Source of the DNA: Bacteriovoracia bacterium
GTDB lineage: Bacteria > Bdellovibrionota > UBA1018 > CAIPTA01
Assembly (NCBI GenBank): GCA_050246755.1
Contig: JBFWVL010000002.1
Coordinates: forward strand, 160,001 to 224,000
Length of the DNA stretch: 64,000 nt
Direction of reading: 5' to 3'
Position numbers and translations under genes: made by a program. Below are positions 37,916 to 47,289 of this stretch, one piece after another. A model generated the notes under the pieces. The model was not told the DNA's origin. It ran no database searches and saw only the letters and a list, made by a program, of their open reading frames with translations. Position 1 is the stretch's first letter, and every line of letters starts with the position of its first letter.

Positions 37916-39049
37916 ATGCGAATTTTCGCGGCTAGTCTATCGTTCGTTCTGCTGTTTACGGCCTGTTCTCATTCGCGCGCGGTTCGCACGAAAGAGCCAG
38001 TTTTGCAGCGGGGCTGGAGTTTCGTGGAAGATGAGCGTGATTTTCTGCGCCAAGAAGCCGGGGTAGGGCAAGTAACCTATTCGGCCCCGGTGCTGGCTTC
38101 CGAAAAACTGCTTTTTGGCTCCGAACGTTTTGGCATCACCGCCCTCGCTAAGCGCAATGGCAGGATTCTCTGGCAGCATCGCATCGCCGATGGCGTGGCG
38201 GCGCAGCCCTACGCCGATGAATCCAGTGTTTACGTGGGCAGCGAAAGCGGAACGCTCCGTAAATTTGAAATTAACTCTGGCCGCCTGGTTTGGGAGTCTG
38301 CGCTTTCCGGGCCTGTGCATGGTGCGATGATCCATGCGTTTCAGCGCCTCTTCGTGGGTACCGAGGACGAAGCCCTCCACGCGGTGGATATGGCCACCGG
38401 TAAAATCCTGTGGACCTACCGCCGTCCGGCTTTTAACAATACCAGTATCAAGGGCGGCGGAAATCCTTCCGCGATCGCCGGAAAAATATGGATTGGTTTT
38501 AGCGACGGAGCGCTCGTTTCCCTAAATCCCGAAACGGGCGCGGTGGACTCGGAAAAGATCTACCGCGATAATTTGAAGTTCATGGATGTGGATGCACGGG
38601 TGGTGGGCTGGAAAGATGGTCTGCTCGTGACCACCTATGATGGAAAACTGCGCCATACCCGACGCGATGGAAACATTATTTGGGAGTTCCCGGCCGGAGG
38701 CGCCCGCGCGCCGCTCGTGACGGATGGCGAAGTTATTTATTTCCCTTCTTCCGAAGGCACGATCTACGCGATCGGTGCCAAGGGCCAAGAACTCTGGCGC
38801 TATACTCTGCGTCGCGGGGTGCCAAGTGGCTTAGGGCTCGTCGTCCGTAATGGCCGCCGCGTGCTGGTGGCCACGAGCACCGAAGACAAAGTATACGCGC
38901 TCGATGCCTCTGATGGATCCCTTCTCGGCCAGTCCGGCCTGGGCCGGGGATCGGGTTCCTTTGCGCCGGTGGCGATCGATGAGCAGACGGGCTCGGTCTA
39001 CGTGCTGTCCAACTATAGCCGCGTGCATGAATTCCGGCTGAATCTCTAG
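37916..39049 (+). CDS. PQQ-type beta-propeller lipoprotein, BamB-like
   Basis: Lipobox FTAC; repeated A.D..TG..LW propeller motifs; yfgM-bamB gene order. Confidence 0.75.
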   Translation: MRIFAASLSFVLLFTACSHSRAVRTKEPVLQRGWSFVEDERDFLRQEAGVGQVTYSAPVLASEKLLFGSERFGITALAKRNGRILWQHRIADGVAAQPYADESSVYVGSESGTLRKFEINSGRLVWESALSGPVHGAMIHAFQRLFVGTEDEALHAVDMATGKILWTYRRPAFNNTSIKGGGNPSAIAGKIWIGFSDGALVSLNPETGAVDSEKIYRDNLKFMDVDARVVGWKDGLLVTTYDGKLRHTRRDGNIIWEFPAGGARAPLVTDGEVIYFPSSEGTIYAIGAKGQELWRYTLRRGVPSGLGLVVRNGRRVLVATSTEDKVYALDASDGSLLGQSGLGRGSGSFAPVAIDEQTGSVYVLSNYSRVHEFRLNL

Positions 39050-39053
39050 AGCC

Positions 39054-39647
39054 ATGCGAAAAACGCCTCTCCTTGATCTCGGCAACGTTATCCTCAAGGT
39101 AGATTTCGCGCCCTTCCTCGATTGGCTGAAAAGCAAGGCGGGCCCGCATAACCTAGCCCGCGCCGAGGCCTTCCTTTCCAGCTCCCTTTTCTTCGATTTC
39201 GAGTTCGGCAGTATTGGCCGGGTGGATTTTGCCCGCCGCCTTTCTGATCTCTACGGCACTAGCATCACGGTAGCCGAGGTGGAGAAGCACTTTTGCGATA
39301 TTTTTCCTGGTCCCGTGGAAGGCATGGACGTCCTGATGGAAGAGCTTCTGGCGGAGGGGCCGGTCTACGCGCTCTCCAATACAAATGAAATCCATTTAGA
39401 TTGGCTGCGCCTGCACTGCCCGCTGGTAAAACGCTTCACCAAGCTCTATGCTTCCCATGAGATCCATATGCGAAAGCCTTACCCGGGCATTTATCGGGCG
39501 GTGGCCGAAAGCCTTGATTTGGAGGCCCGCGATATGGTGTTTTTTGATGACTTGCACGCCAACGTGCAGGGGGCGCTGAGGGCAGGGATGGATGCCCACG
39601 TTTTTGCCGGCCCGGAGCATATCCGGACCGTGATGAAGAGTTTTTAG
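39054..39647 (+). CDS. HAD-family phosphatase (YihX-like)
   Basis: DLGNVI, LSNTN..H, RKP.P.IY and FFDD...NV.GA...GM. Confidence 0.88.
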   Translation: MRKTPLLDLGNVILKVDFAPFLDWLKSKAGPHNLARAEAFLSSSLFFDFEFGSIGRVDFARRLSDLYGTSITVAEVEKHFCDIFPGPVEGMDVLMEELLAEGPVYALSNTNEIHLDWLRLHCPLVKRFTKLYASHEIHMRKPYPGIYRAVAESLDLEARDMVFFDDLHANVQGALRAGMDAHVFAGPEHIRTVMKSF

Positions 39648-39680
39648 GAAACGGACGATACAGACTATTAGGGGGGACCC

Positions 39681-40868
39681 ATGGGCAAGAATATTAGCAA
39701 ATTATTGATTTTATTGACTATTTTAATGCCGTTCGGAGCCGTGGCGGCTCTGGCAGACCACGCCAAGATTGAAGCGATCGGCGGGGCCGCTAGCGTGAGC
39801 GTGAAGCGCGACGGGAAGACGGTGGAGCTGAAAAAGGGTGAATTTCTCCAATCCGGGGATGAGCTCTTCACCAACGATCATACCGCCGCCGATATCCGCT
39901 TCGACGACCAGACCCTCGTGCGGGTGGGCGTGAATTCCACGTATAAAATCGTGGAAGATACCGGGGCTACCAAGTTCCTGCATCGCCTCTTTTCGGGGGT
40001 AGTGCGCGTGCTCGTGCCGGTGAAAAAGGAAGCCAAAACGGACGAAATTAAGTTCAAGATGAAGACTCCGCAGGGAACCATCGGCGTGAGGGGAACGGAA
40101 TTCACCGTGGCCATCGGCGAACAGGGCACCACCCTGAAAGGCCTCAGCGGCGAAGTGATGTTCGGCCCGGAAAATGCCGAGTTTTCCGATACTAGTAAGT
40201 TTGTTTATGTTGGGCGCGGAATGGAAAGCTCCGTGGCCGCCAATAAAGCACCGGCTAAGCCCAAAAAATACGACCTCGAGAAGTACCTCAAGGAAATCGA
40301 CAAGGGCGACGGTATTTTCGGGGGCGTGGCCAAGCGTTCGAATCTGAATATGCTCCGCCGCGGCGAAAGTGCGCCGGTGGTGGTGGCGGCCAATACCGCG
40401 CCGGTGAAGGAAGCAGCCAAACCGATCAAAGCGGGCGGCGCTTCGAAGGCTGAAGTGAAAGCTCCGGCTAAGAAAAGCCTCGATGAGCAGTTGATGGACC
40501 AGGTGATGATGGGCAACTTACCGAAGGTGCAGAACCTCGTGAAGAACGGTGCCAACGTGAACTACCAGGATGAGGATGGGAACTCTTCCCTCCACTTCGC
40601 CGTGCTCAAAGAGCACCAAGAAATCATCCAGTTCCTGATTATCAAGGGCGCGAAGGTGAATATCCAGACGAAGATGGGCACCACTCCACTCATGCAGGTA
40701 GCGATCGACAATGCTCCCAAGATCATCGCCGATCTTCTGGTGCAGAACGATGCCGATCCTAAGATCAAAAATAAGGACGGCTTCACCGCGCTGGATATCG
40801 CGGAAAGCAAAACGGGTAATGCGCGGGACGAAGCGCTCATCGCGTTCCTGAGGAAAGTTACGAAGTAA
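39681..40868 (+). CDS. Secreted FecR-domain + ankyrin-repeat protein
   Basis: Signal peptide; FecR motifs L..GD.L.T and TPQGTIGVRGTEF; ankyrin repeats GANVN..D.DG.S.LH.A, GTTPLM and G.TALDIA. Confidence 0.8.
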   Translation: MGKNISKLLILLTILMPFGAVAALADHAKIEAIGGAASVSVKRDGKTVELKKGEFLQSGDELFTNDHTAADIRFDDQTLVRVGVNSTYKIVEDTGATKFLHRLFSGVVRVLVPVKKEAKTDEIKFKMKTPQGTIGVRGTEFTVAIGEQGTTLKGLSGEVMFGPENAEFSDTSKFVYVGRGMESSVAANKAPAKPKKYDLEKYLKEIDKGDGIFGGVAKRSNLNMLRRGESAPVVVAANTAPVKEAAKPIKAGGASKAEVKAPAKKSLDEQLMDQVMMGNLPKVQNLVKNGANVNYQDEDGNSSLHFAVLKEHQEIIQFLIIKGAKVNIQTKMGTTPLMQVAIDNAPKIIADLLVQNDADPKIKNKDGFTALDIAESKTGNARDEALIAFLRKVTK

Positions 40869-40885
40869 TTCCTTCGTACAAAGAG

Positions 40886-40923
40886 AAAAGAAAAAGGAGC
40901 CCGAGTGGCTCCTTTTTCTTTTT
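40886..40923. terminator. Bidirectional intrinsic terminator
   Basis: AAAAGAAAAAGGAGC-loop-GCTCCTTTTTCTTTT between convergent genes. Confidence 0.85.
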
Positions 40924-41617
40924 AGCTAATCGCCAATTTCATCGGTGGGCTTTTGAGGTGTTCCTGGCGCAAACGCAGCAAGAAATCCCGGCGCGTGATG
41001 TAGTGCCCCCCCAGGTGTTCCGTTACGGGAGTGAGCATTTGAATGTCCATCCACTGGAGCCCGAGAGATTTTAGTTTCAGCGCCATTTCCACCAGCGCGA
41101 GTTTCGATACATTGGGCTCGAGGTGGAACATGCTTTCCCCTGAAAACACGCCCTTCACATAGACCCCGTAGAGGCCCCCCACGAGCTCTTCTCCGCGCCA
41201 TACCTCCACGCTATGCGCGTAGCCGGCTTCGTGGAACTTCGTGTAGGAGGGAATCAAAGTAGGGATGATCCAGGTGCCTTCTTGGCCGGGGCGCGGCTGC
41301 TTGGCGCACTCTTCGATTACACGGGAGAAGGATCTATTGAAGGTGAAATGGTAAGTGCCTTTTTTGCGGAGCCGCTCGAGGCTGCGGGGAATATGGAGGT
41401 CGTTAAAATCGATCACGCCGCGGGGCTCGGGGCAGAACCAGAAGAGGGGATAGGATTCTTCGAGGGGCCAGGGGAAGATTCCCTGCGAATAGGCCTGCAC
41501 GAGAGTTTCGGGCTCGAGGTTCCCGCCGATATAAATCAGGCCGTCGGATTCTTCTGGGAGAATCCAGGGATCCGGGAATTTTACCTGACCGAGATTTATG
41601 GGCTTACGGGTATTCAT
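40922..41617 (-). CDS. aat: Leucyl/phenylalanyl-tRNA--protein transferase
   Basis: AYSQGIFPW, W..PEPR.V, GTWI, AHSVEVW...LVGGLYG and FSGESMF. Confidence 0.95.
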   Translation of the reverse strand: MNTRKPINLGQVKFPDPWILPEESDGLIYIGGNLEPETLVQAYSQGIFPWPLEESYPLFWFCPEPRGVIDFNDLHIPRSLERLRKKGTYHFTFNRSFSRVIEECAKQPRPGQEGTWIIPTLIPSYTKFHEAGYAHSVEVWRGEELVGGLYGVYVKGVFSGESMFHLEPNVSKLALVEMALKLKSLGLQWMDIQMLTPVTEHLGGHYITRRDFLLRLRQEHLKSPPMKLAIS

Positions 41618-41698
41618 CCTTGGCTAGAACCCTCTGCCTCCATTGTAGCAGTTTGCATGGCTATCGCTGCGAAAGAATTTCTGGGGTAGAATTTTTTT

Positions 41699-42556
41699 AT
41701 GAAATTGAAAATCATGTTCCTTTCCATGGCCTTCGGCGCTTCGGCCTTCGCCGCGCATACTCCGGAGGAAAGCAAAGCGCTTTTCGCGCTCTGGGGCAAA
41801 GTGGAGCAGCCCTTCGAGGCGGGAAAAACGCAGGCAATCGGGCTTTACGGCGGCGGCTGCCTCCTGGGGGCCCAGGCGCTGCCCATGGACGGGAAGAATT
41901 TCTCGGTGATGCGCCCTTCGCGGAAACGTTATTTCGGGCATCCGGATCTATTGAACTTCATCGAAAACCTAGCGGACGAAATGAAGGCAAAAAAAATGCC
42001 GCGCATTCTCGTGGGAGATTTGGGCCGGCCCCGCGGCGGGCCAATGATTTCCGGGCATGCGAGCCACCAGATCGGCCTCGACGTGGATATCTGGTTTCGC
42101 CTTTCGAAAAAAAAACCTAGCGCGCGCGAGCGGGAAAGCTGGAACTCAGGATCCCTAGTGGAAAAAAATCGCTACGTGAGGAGAGGCTGGACCAATCAGC
42201 AGCGCCTGCTCGTGGCGCTCGCCGCGGCCAAGCCCGAAGTGGAAAGAGTGTTCGTGAATCCGGGGATCAAGAAGGACCTCTGCCAAAAATTCGCCGATGC
42301 TCCCTGGCAGTATAAAGTAAGGGCCTGGTGGGGGCACGATGATCACCTGCATGTGAGATTATTTTGCCCCAAAGATAGCCCCAATTGCCGCAAGCAGGAC
42401 CCGCTCGATCCGAAGGTGAACCAGTGCGGCAGCGAGCTCGCCTGGTGGTTCTCGAAAGAAGCGGAAGAAGAATGGGCCGCGAAGAAAAAGCAGATCGCCG
42501 CCCGTGAATTTCCGGAGCTCCCTAAGGATTGCGCGCAAATGGTGGAAAAATTATGA
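41699..42556 (+). CDS. mepA: Penicillin-insensitive murein endopeptidase
   Basis: IG.Y.GGCL.GA, R.RYFGHP, GD...PRGGPM.SGHASHQIGLDVDIW and WWGHDDHLHVRL.CP. Confidence 0.92.
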   Translation: MKLKIMFLSMAFGASAFAAHTPEESKALFALWGKVEQPFEAGKTQAIGLYGGGCLLGAQALPMDGKNFSVMRPSRKRYFGHPDLLNFIENLADEMKAKKMPRILVGDLGRPRGGPMISGHASHQIGLDVDIWFRLSKKKPSARERESWNSGSLVEKNRYVRRGWTNQQRLLVALAAAKPEVERVFVNPGIKKDLCQKFADAPWQYKVRAWWGHDDHLHVRLFCPKDSPNCRKQDPLDPKVNQCGSELAWWFSKEAEEEWAAKKKQIAAREFPELPKDCAQMVEKL

Positions 42557-44118
42557 ACATGAGGCTCATTGGTTTCTTCCTGGATTTTTCCGGTCCGATC
42601 GCTTTGCTGGGACTGTTGCTTTGGCTGCGTTCCCTCAAAGATATCATCGAGTGGCCGAACTTTCGCGGCGAATGGCCGCTGGCGGCGCTCGCGCTCCTAA
42701 GCTCCGCGATCATTTTTCTTTCGGTGTCGGTAGACTTCAAGGTGCTCAGCGACGAAACCAATCTGCTCTCGGTGGCGAATATGCTTACGCTATTCGGCAA
42801 GGCTTCCAATACCGAACTCGTCACGCATTATTATCACCTTCCTCACGCGCTCAACTTCGCGATGCCCACGCGGCCGGTTCTTTTCCCCGTGCTGATCTCG
42901 CTCGTGCAGCACGCAGTGGGGGTGCACCATTGGGCGCCCTTCGTGGTGAATTTCGCGCTCACGTTCGTATTGTTTTGGCTAACTCTTCACTGGGCGCGGC
43001 GCATGCTTTCCGCGAGCCTGAGCCCCGTGCTGGTTTCCACGCTGGCCCTGCTGATGAGCCCGGTGCTGGCGATCGTGGCCACTTCGGCGGGCTATGATCT
43101 TTGCTCTCTGGTTTTTGCCTTTGCGCTCTTTCTCTTGCTGGGGCGCTATAATGAAAAGCGGGACGCGCGCACCCTCCAAGCTATTTTCTACGGCATGGTT
43201 TGTTTTGCTTCCGTGCGCTACGAATCCATCGCGGCTTTTCCTCTGTTGGTTTTGGGGCTGGTTTTGTTCGAGCGTTTGGCCTGGATCAAGAAGGTTTCGG
43301 CGCCCGTGCTGGGCTTCGTGGCGCTATTGCTGCTACCCCTCGTATTGCAGCGCTACCTCACGTGGGGAAACTTTGAAAATCCCCCCGGCGTTCCGGCTTT
43401 TTCGCTAAGCCATTTGTGGCATCATCTGCCGGTTTTCCTGCGTACGTTTTTTCTTGATCCTTCGGGACCGTATCCTATCCTGCTGCACTGGCTGGGGATG
43501 GGAGGCTTGCTGCTGAGCCTGCGTACGTTGCGAGAATACGGCTGGCTGCCGCTTTGCTACGGGCTTTTTCTCGTGTGCTTGCTGCTCGCGCACCACTTCG
43601 GCTTTGCCGATCACCCCACGCAAGCGCGGTTATTCCTCCCGCTCTCTTTTGCGCTCGGACTTTGCGGCCTCTACTGCCTTTCGCGCCTAGAGAAATGGAG
43701 CGATCCGCGGGCGATCCTGGCGATTTTTCTCCTTCTTTTCGTGCACCACCACCAATATGCGGTGAGCGATCCCCTGAGCACCCAGCTCACGATGACGCGG
43801 GAAATGCGGCATATCCGGGTATTTTTGGCCAAGGACGATCACCGCGACGATTTGATCGTCTATGACCGCCCTGGCCAGCTTTCCGCCCTAGGATTCAGCG
43901 CGGTTTCTTGGACTTATTTTAACGAGCACCGGGCCGAGCTATTGCTGGGATTGAAGAATCGCCTTTACCAGAAGGTGATCGCGATCGACCGCGTTCGCTA
44001 CGATACGCTGCCCGGAAAAGAATTCGTGTCGGGAGAGGGATATCGTTTGAATGCTTTGCGCGAGCACCAGCTAAGCCCCGACGAGCGTTTGCGGCTCTCG
44101 CAGATGGAATTGAATTAG
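42553..44118 (+). CDS. Polytopic membrane protein, GT-C (PMT/ArnT-like) glycosyltransferase candidate
   Basis: More than 10 TM helices, an SDE motif after the first helices, ..RYE..; ATGA overlap with mepA. Confidence 0.55.
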   Translation: MNMRLIGFFLDFSGPIALLGLLLWLRSLKDIIEWPNFRGEWPLAALALLSSAIIFLSVSVDFKVLSDETNLLSVANMLTLFGKASNTELVTHYYHLPHALNFAMPTRPVLFPVLISLVQHAVGVHHWAPFVVNFALTFVLFWLTLHWARRMLSASLSPVLVSTLALLMSPVLAIVATSAGYDLCSLVFAFALFLLLGRYNEKRDARTLQAIFYGMVCFASVRYESIAAFPLLVLGLVLFERLAWIKKVSAPVLGFVALLLLPLVLQRYLTWGNFENPPGVPAFSLSHLWHHLPVFLRTFFLDPSGPYPILLHWLGMGGLLLSLRTLREYGWLPLCYGLFLVCLLLAHHFGFADHPTQARLFLPLSFALGLCGLYCLSRLEKWSDPRAILAIFLLLFVHHHQYAVSDPLSTQLTMTREMRHIRVFLAKDDHRDDLIVYDRPGQLSALGFSAVSWTYFNEHRAELLLGLKNRLYQKVIAIDRVRYDTLPGKEFVSGEGYRLNALREHQLSPDERLRLSQMELN

Positions 44119-45131
44119 CGGCGCTTCTTTTCGTTTCTCTTCTTGCCGTGCTTGGCGGCCTTTTTTCCCTCGGAGGAAATTTGCGCCCGCAATTTTAGAA
44201 AGCTTTCATATTCCCCGGAATCGAGTTGCCCATCGGCGATGGCTTGTTTTACCGCGCAGCCGGGCTCGCTTTCGTGGCCGCAATTGGAAAAGCGGCAGCT
44301 GGCGGCGAGTTCTTCGATACGGCTGAAACGGGCGCCGAGTCCTTCGGTTTGGGAGGCGTCGAGCTGAATCTCGCGCAGGCCCGGAGTGTCGATCACGAGC
44401 GCGCCGTTAGGCATCACGATCATGCGCCGGGAGGTGGTGGTATGGCGGCCGCGGTCGTCGCCTTCGCGGATGGACTTTGTGGTTTGCTCTTCCCGCTCTA
44501 ATAGAGAATTCACGAGGGTGGATTTTCCCACGCCCGAGCTGCCGAGGAATACGTAGGTGAGGCCGCGCGTGAGCATCTTTTCGAGATCGGAAATCCCGGT
44601 GCCGCTCACCGAGCTGAGGGAGAGGCAGGGCACGGAATATTTCGCGGCAAGATCGCGCAGTATTTTTTCGGAGCCGGGAGGATCCAGGTCGGCCTTGGTG
44701 AGCAGGATGGCGGCCTTGGCGCCGGATTCATGGATGATCGTTAAGTAGCGATCGATGCGCTTGGGGTTGAAATCTCGATTGGCGGAGGTGACCACGAAGG
44801 CCATATCTACGTTCGCAACGAGTAACTGGATGGCCTCATCGGTGCCGGGAGCTTTTCTTTTGAGGAGGGTTTTGCGGGGCAGAACCGACTGGATGATTCC
44901 CTTCTGCTCGTTGCCCACGGATTTGAGAACTACCCAATCGCCGGCGATAGGACGCTCGGCCCGGTCGGTTTTTGGATGCAGGAGCTTGCCGGAGAGCTGG
45001 GCCTGGATGAAGCCTTTCTCGGTGACGACGGAGAAAAGAGTGCGCTGCTCTTCTACCACACGGCCGAGGAATTCACCCTCGTCAGTTTCGGCGGAAAAGA
45101 AGGCGGAATGTCCCCAGTCGGATAGATTCAT
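44115..45131 (-). CDS. rsgA: Ribosome small-subunit-dependent GTPase A
   Basis: Circularly permuted G motifs LTKADL, GSSGVGKST, GRHTTT and DTPG; Zn finger CRFSNCGHESEPGC. Confidence 0.95.
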   Translation of the reverse strand: MNLSDWGHSAFFSAETDEGEFLGRVVEEQRTLFSVVTEKGFIQAQLSGKLLHPKTDRAERPIAGDWVVLKSVGNEQKGIIQSVLPRKTLLKRKAPGTDEAIQLLVANVDMAFVVTSANRDFNPKRIDRYLTIIHESGAKAAILLTKADLDPPGSEKILRDLAAKYSVPCLSLSSVSGTGISDLEKMLTRGLTYVFLGSSGVGKSTLVNSLLEREEQTTKSIREGDDRGRHTTTSRRMIVMPNGALVIDTPGLREIQLDASQTEGLGARFSRIEELAASCRFSNCGHESEPGCAVKQAIADGQLDSGEYESFLKLRAQISSEGKKAAKHGKKRNEKKRR

Positions 45132-46406
45132 TTAGTTCCGGTTTAGTTCGTCGCGGATTTGCGGCATGGTTACCCAGCGGATCTCTTGCTTAGTATTTTC
45201 CAGCGAGTCCGAATAGTCCATCAAGATCTTGGTGGCTGCCAAAGATTGCGGGTGGATATCGTGGAAGAGAATGATCCCACGCTTGGAAAGCAGCATTTGT
45301 TTTTTCACCCGTGCGAACACGCTCTCGGCATTTTTGTCCTGCCAGTCGAGGGAATCCACGTTCCAGAAAACGTGGATCATGTTTTCATCGGCGATGCGCT
45401 GGCGTACGGCGAGGGAATTGCGGCCGGCACCGTAGGGAGTGCGGAAGAATTCGGGGCGTGAACCGTAGAGGCGGGTTTCGAGCGCGGTGGAATCCAAGAT
45501 CTCGTGGTCGAGCTTGTCTCCCGAAGCCTTGCTGAGGTCGGCGTGGGTAAAGGAATGGTTATTGAGCGACATTCCGGCCGAACGCGCGTAGGCCACGGCG
45601 TCTTTGTTTCCGCTCACGTTGCGGGCGAGCCAGAAAAAACTCACCTTATGGCCGTGGGCGCGTACGGTGTCCACCACTTGCTTGGTATAGGTGGGGTGGG
45701 GGCCGTCGTCGAAGGTGAGGGCCCAGGTATGAAGCGGGAAATTGGTGCCGATCATGTTTCCTTCCGGGCCGGTGCCTGGTCGGATCTTCGCCGATTTTCT
45801 TGCCACGCCGGCGTCGAAATCGAGTCCGGAAGAGGCCTGCGGCTCCGCGGGATCGGAGAAATCCATGTCACTGGTGATTTCGGCCATCTCGAGATCGAGG
45901 AGCGAGGGCACGAGCTGCAGCTTGAAGCCGGGCTTGCTCTCGGCTATCGGGAAGCCGAGCTTGGGCTGCAGGAAGGCAGAAAATTTTTCTTCTACCAGGC
46001 CCGCGAGGGAGGCTTCGTGGCCGGAAATATTTTCGAACAATACTTTCGCGGCGCTGCGGTCGGCATTGGGCAAAGCGGCTAGTTTAGCCTGCATCGCCTG
46101 GATCGTTTTCGCGGCCTGGGCCGGATTGCTCGCCTGGATCGTTTCGAGCTCTTCCCCGATGGCTTCGGCGTCGTTTTCTTTCAGCTCGCGGAGGGCCAGG
46201 AGCTGACGGTAGCTGTTTGAGCGACGGAGTGGATTAGCGTTCTCCCCGTTTTTAAGCATCTGGTCGAGCTCGCGGTCGAACTCCGCCATCGCTTTCTCTG
46301 CACGCTGGTGAGCCTGCACAAAGTGATCGATGCGCTGGGTGAGCGGCGTATCGGAGATGGCGGCCAGGGCCGGGGAGGCGATTAAAAATCCGAGAGCAAG
46401 AAACAT
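45132..46406 (-). CDS. Secreted polysaccharide/peptidoglycan deacetylase (CE4) with a helical N-terminal domain
   Basis: ALTFDDGP, NHSFTH, FRTPYG, WNVDSLDW and ILFHD; AGAGGAG SD before ATG 46406 (alternative start 46442). Confidence 0.88.
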   Translation of the reverse strand: MFLALGFLIASPALAAISDTPLTQRIDHFVQAHQRAEKAMAEFDRELDQMLKNGENANPLRRSNSYRQLLALRELKENDAEAIGEELETIQASNPAQAAKTIQAMQAKLAALPNADRSAAKVLFENISGHEASLAGLVEEKFSAFLQPKLGFPIAESKPGFKLQLVPSLLDLEMAEITSDMDFSDPAEPQASSGLDFDAGVARKSAKIRPGTGPEGNMIGTNFPLHTWALTFDDGPHPTYTKQVVDTVRAHGHKVSFFWLARNVSGNKDAVAYARSAGMSLNNHSFTHADLSKASGDKLDHEILDSTALETRLYGSRPEFFRTPYGAGRNSLAVRQRIADENMIHVFWNVDSLDWQDKNAESVFARVKKQMLLSKRGIILFHDIHPQSLAATKILMDYSDSLENTKQEIRWVTMPQIRDELNRN

Positions 46407-46434
46407 GGACGGTACTCCTCTATGACAAGTAAAG

Positions 46435-47289
46435 TTATTCATCGAGAAACTTATTCATTTTCTCCAGGTAGGCGTCGAGGTCTACCTCTTCGCTGAACCC
46501 GGGATTTTTTTGTTCGATGATCCGGGAAAAACTTTGAATGCCGGTTTGGGCCTTGAAGCGGAGCTCGCCCTTTAGACGCTCGAAGAGCTGGTCGCCGCTG
46601 ATACCGCTCACGAGGCGGGAAATTTTATCGCCCGAATATTGGGCGCGCTTCACCGCTTCGCGGGCCTCGGCCTCGGCCAGGCGGATTTGTTTTTGCAGCC
46701 AAAGCAAACCCATGGGATCGAAGCGGTTTCCGCTTTCCTTATATTTTTTCGCGTAGAGGTAAATCTTGCCAGCGCGCTGAATCACCGAGATGGTTTCAGC
46801 TACGCCGATCAGGGTATTGGCCCAGGGTGGGGCCGCAGCGGGGTCCGGGTAGGCGCGGAGAAAAAGATCACGGGCGCGGGCGAATTCGCGCTTGTCGGCG
46901 TCGGGAGCTTGCACGAAGATCCGCTTCACGAGGCATTTCGGATCCACCCCGCTGAAACTCGCGAGCTTTTCGTTAGAACATTTGGGGAATAGGGCTTGAA
47001 CTTCGGCCGAGCCTGTTGGCTGCTCTCCGCTCACGCGTGCGGCGAAAGCAAGGGGCTCGATGCCGGATTGGCCGAGGTAGGCCTGGGCCAGAATGAATCG
47101 TAGTTTTTGGTTCTGGGGAACGGTGCCGTTGCGATTCTCGATCAGCCAAACCGCTTTTTCGTACTGGTGCTCGTTGAGCAGAGCCACCGCTTCGCTTTCG
47201 TTCTCGGCGGTATTGTAGCGATCGGCCGTTTCGGGCGCGCAGCCCTGGAGCACGAGAAGTCCGGCGAAGACGGAGAGTATAGTTTTCAT
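46435..47289 (-). CDS. Helical (TPR-like) lipoprotein
   Basis: Lipobox LQGC; ATGA overlap with the upstream gene. Confidence 0.7.
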   Translation of the reverse strand: MKTILSVFAGLLVLQGCAPETADRYNTAENESEAVALLNEHQYEKAVWLIENRNGTVPQNQKLRFILAQAYLGQSGIEPLAFAARVSGEQPTGSAEVQALFPKCSNEKLASFSGVDPKCLVKRIFVQAPDADKREFARARDLFLRAYPDPAAAPPWANTLIGVAETISVIQRAGKIYLYAKKYKESGNRFDPMGLLWLQKQIRLAEAEAREAVKRAQYSGDKISRLVSGISGDQLFERLKGELRFKAQTGIQSFSRIIEQKNPGFSEEVDLDAYLEKMNKFLDE

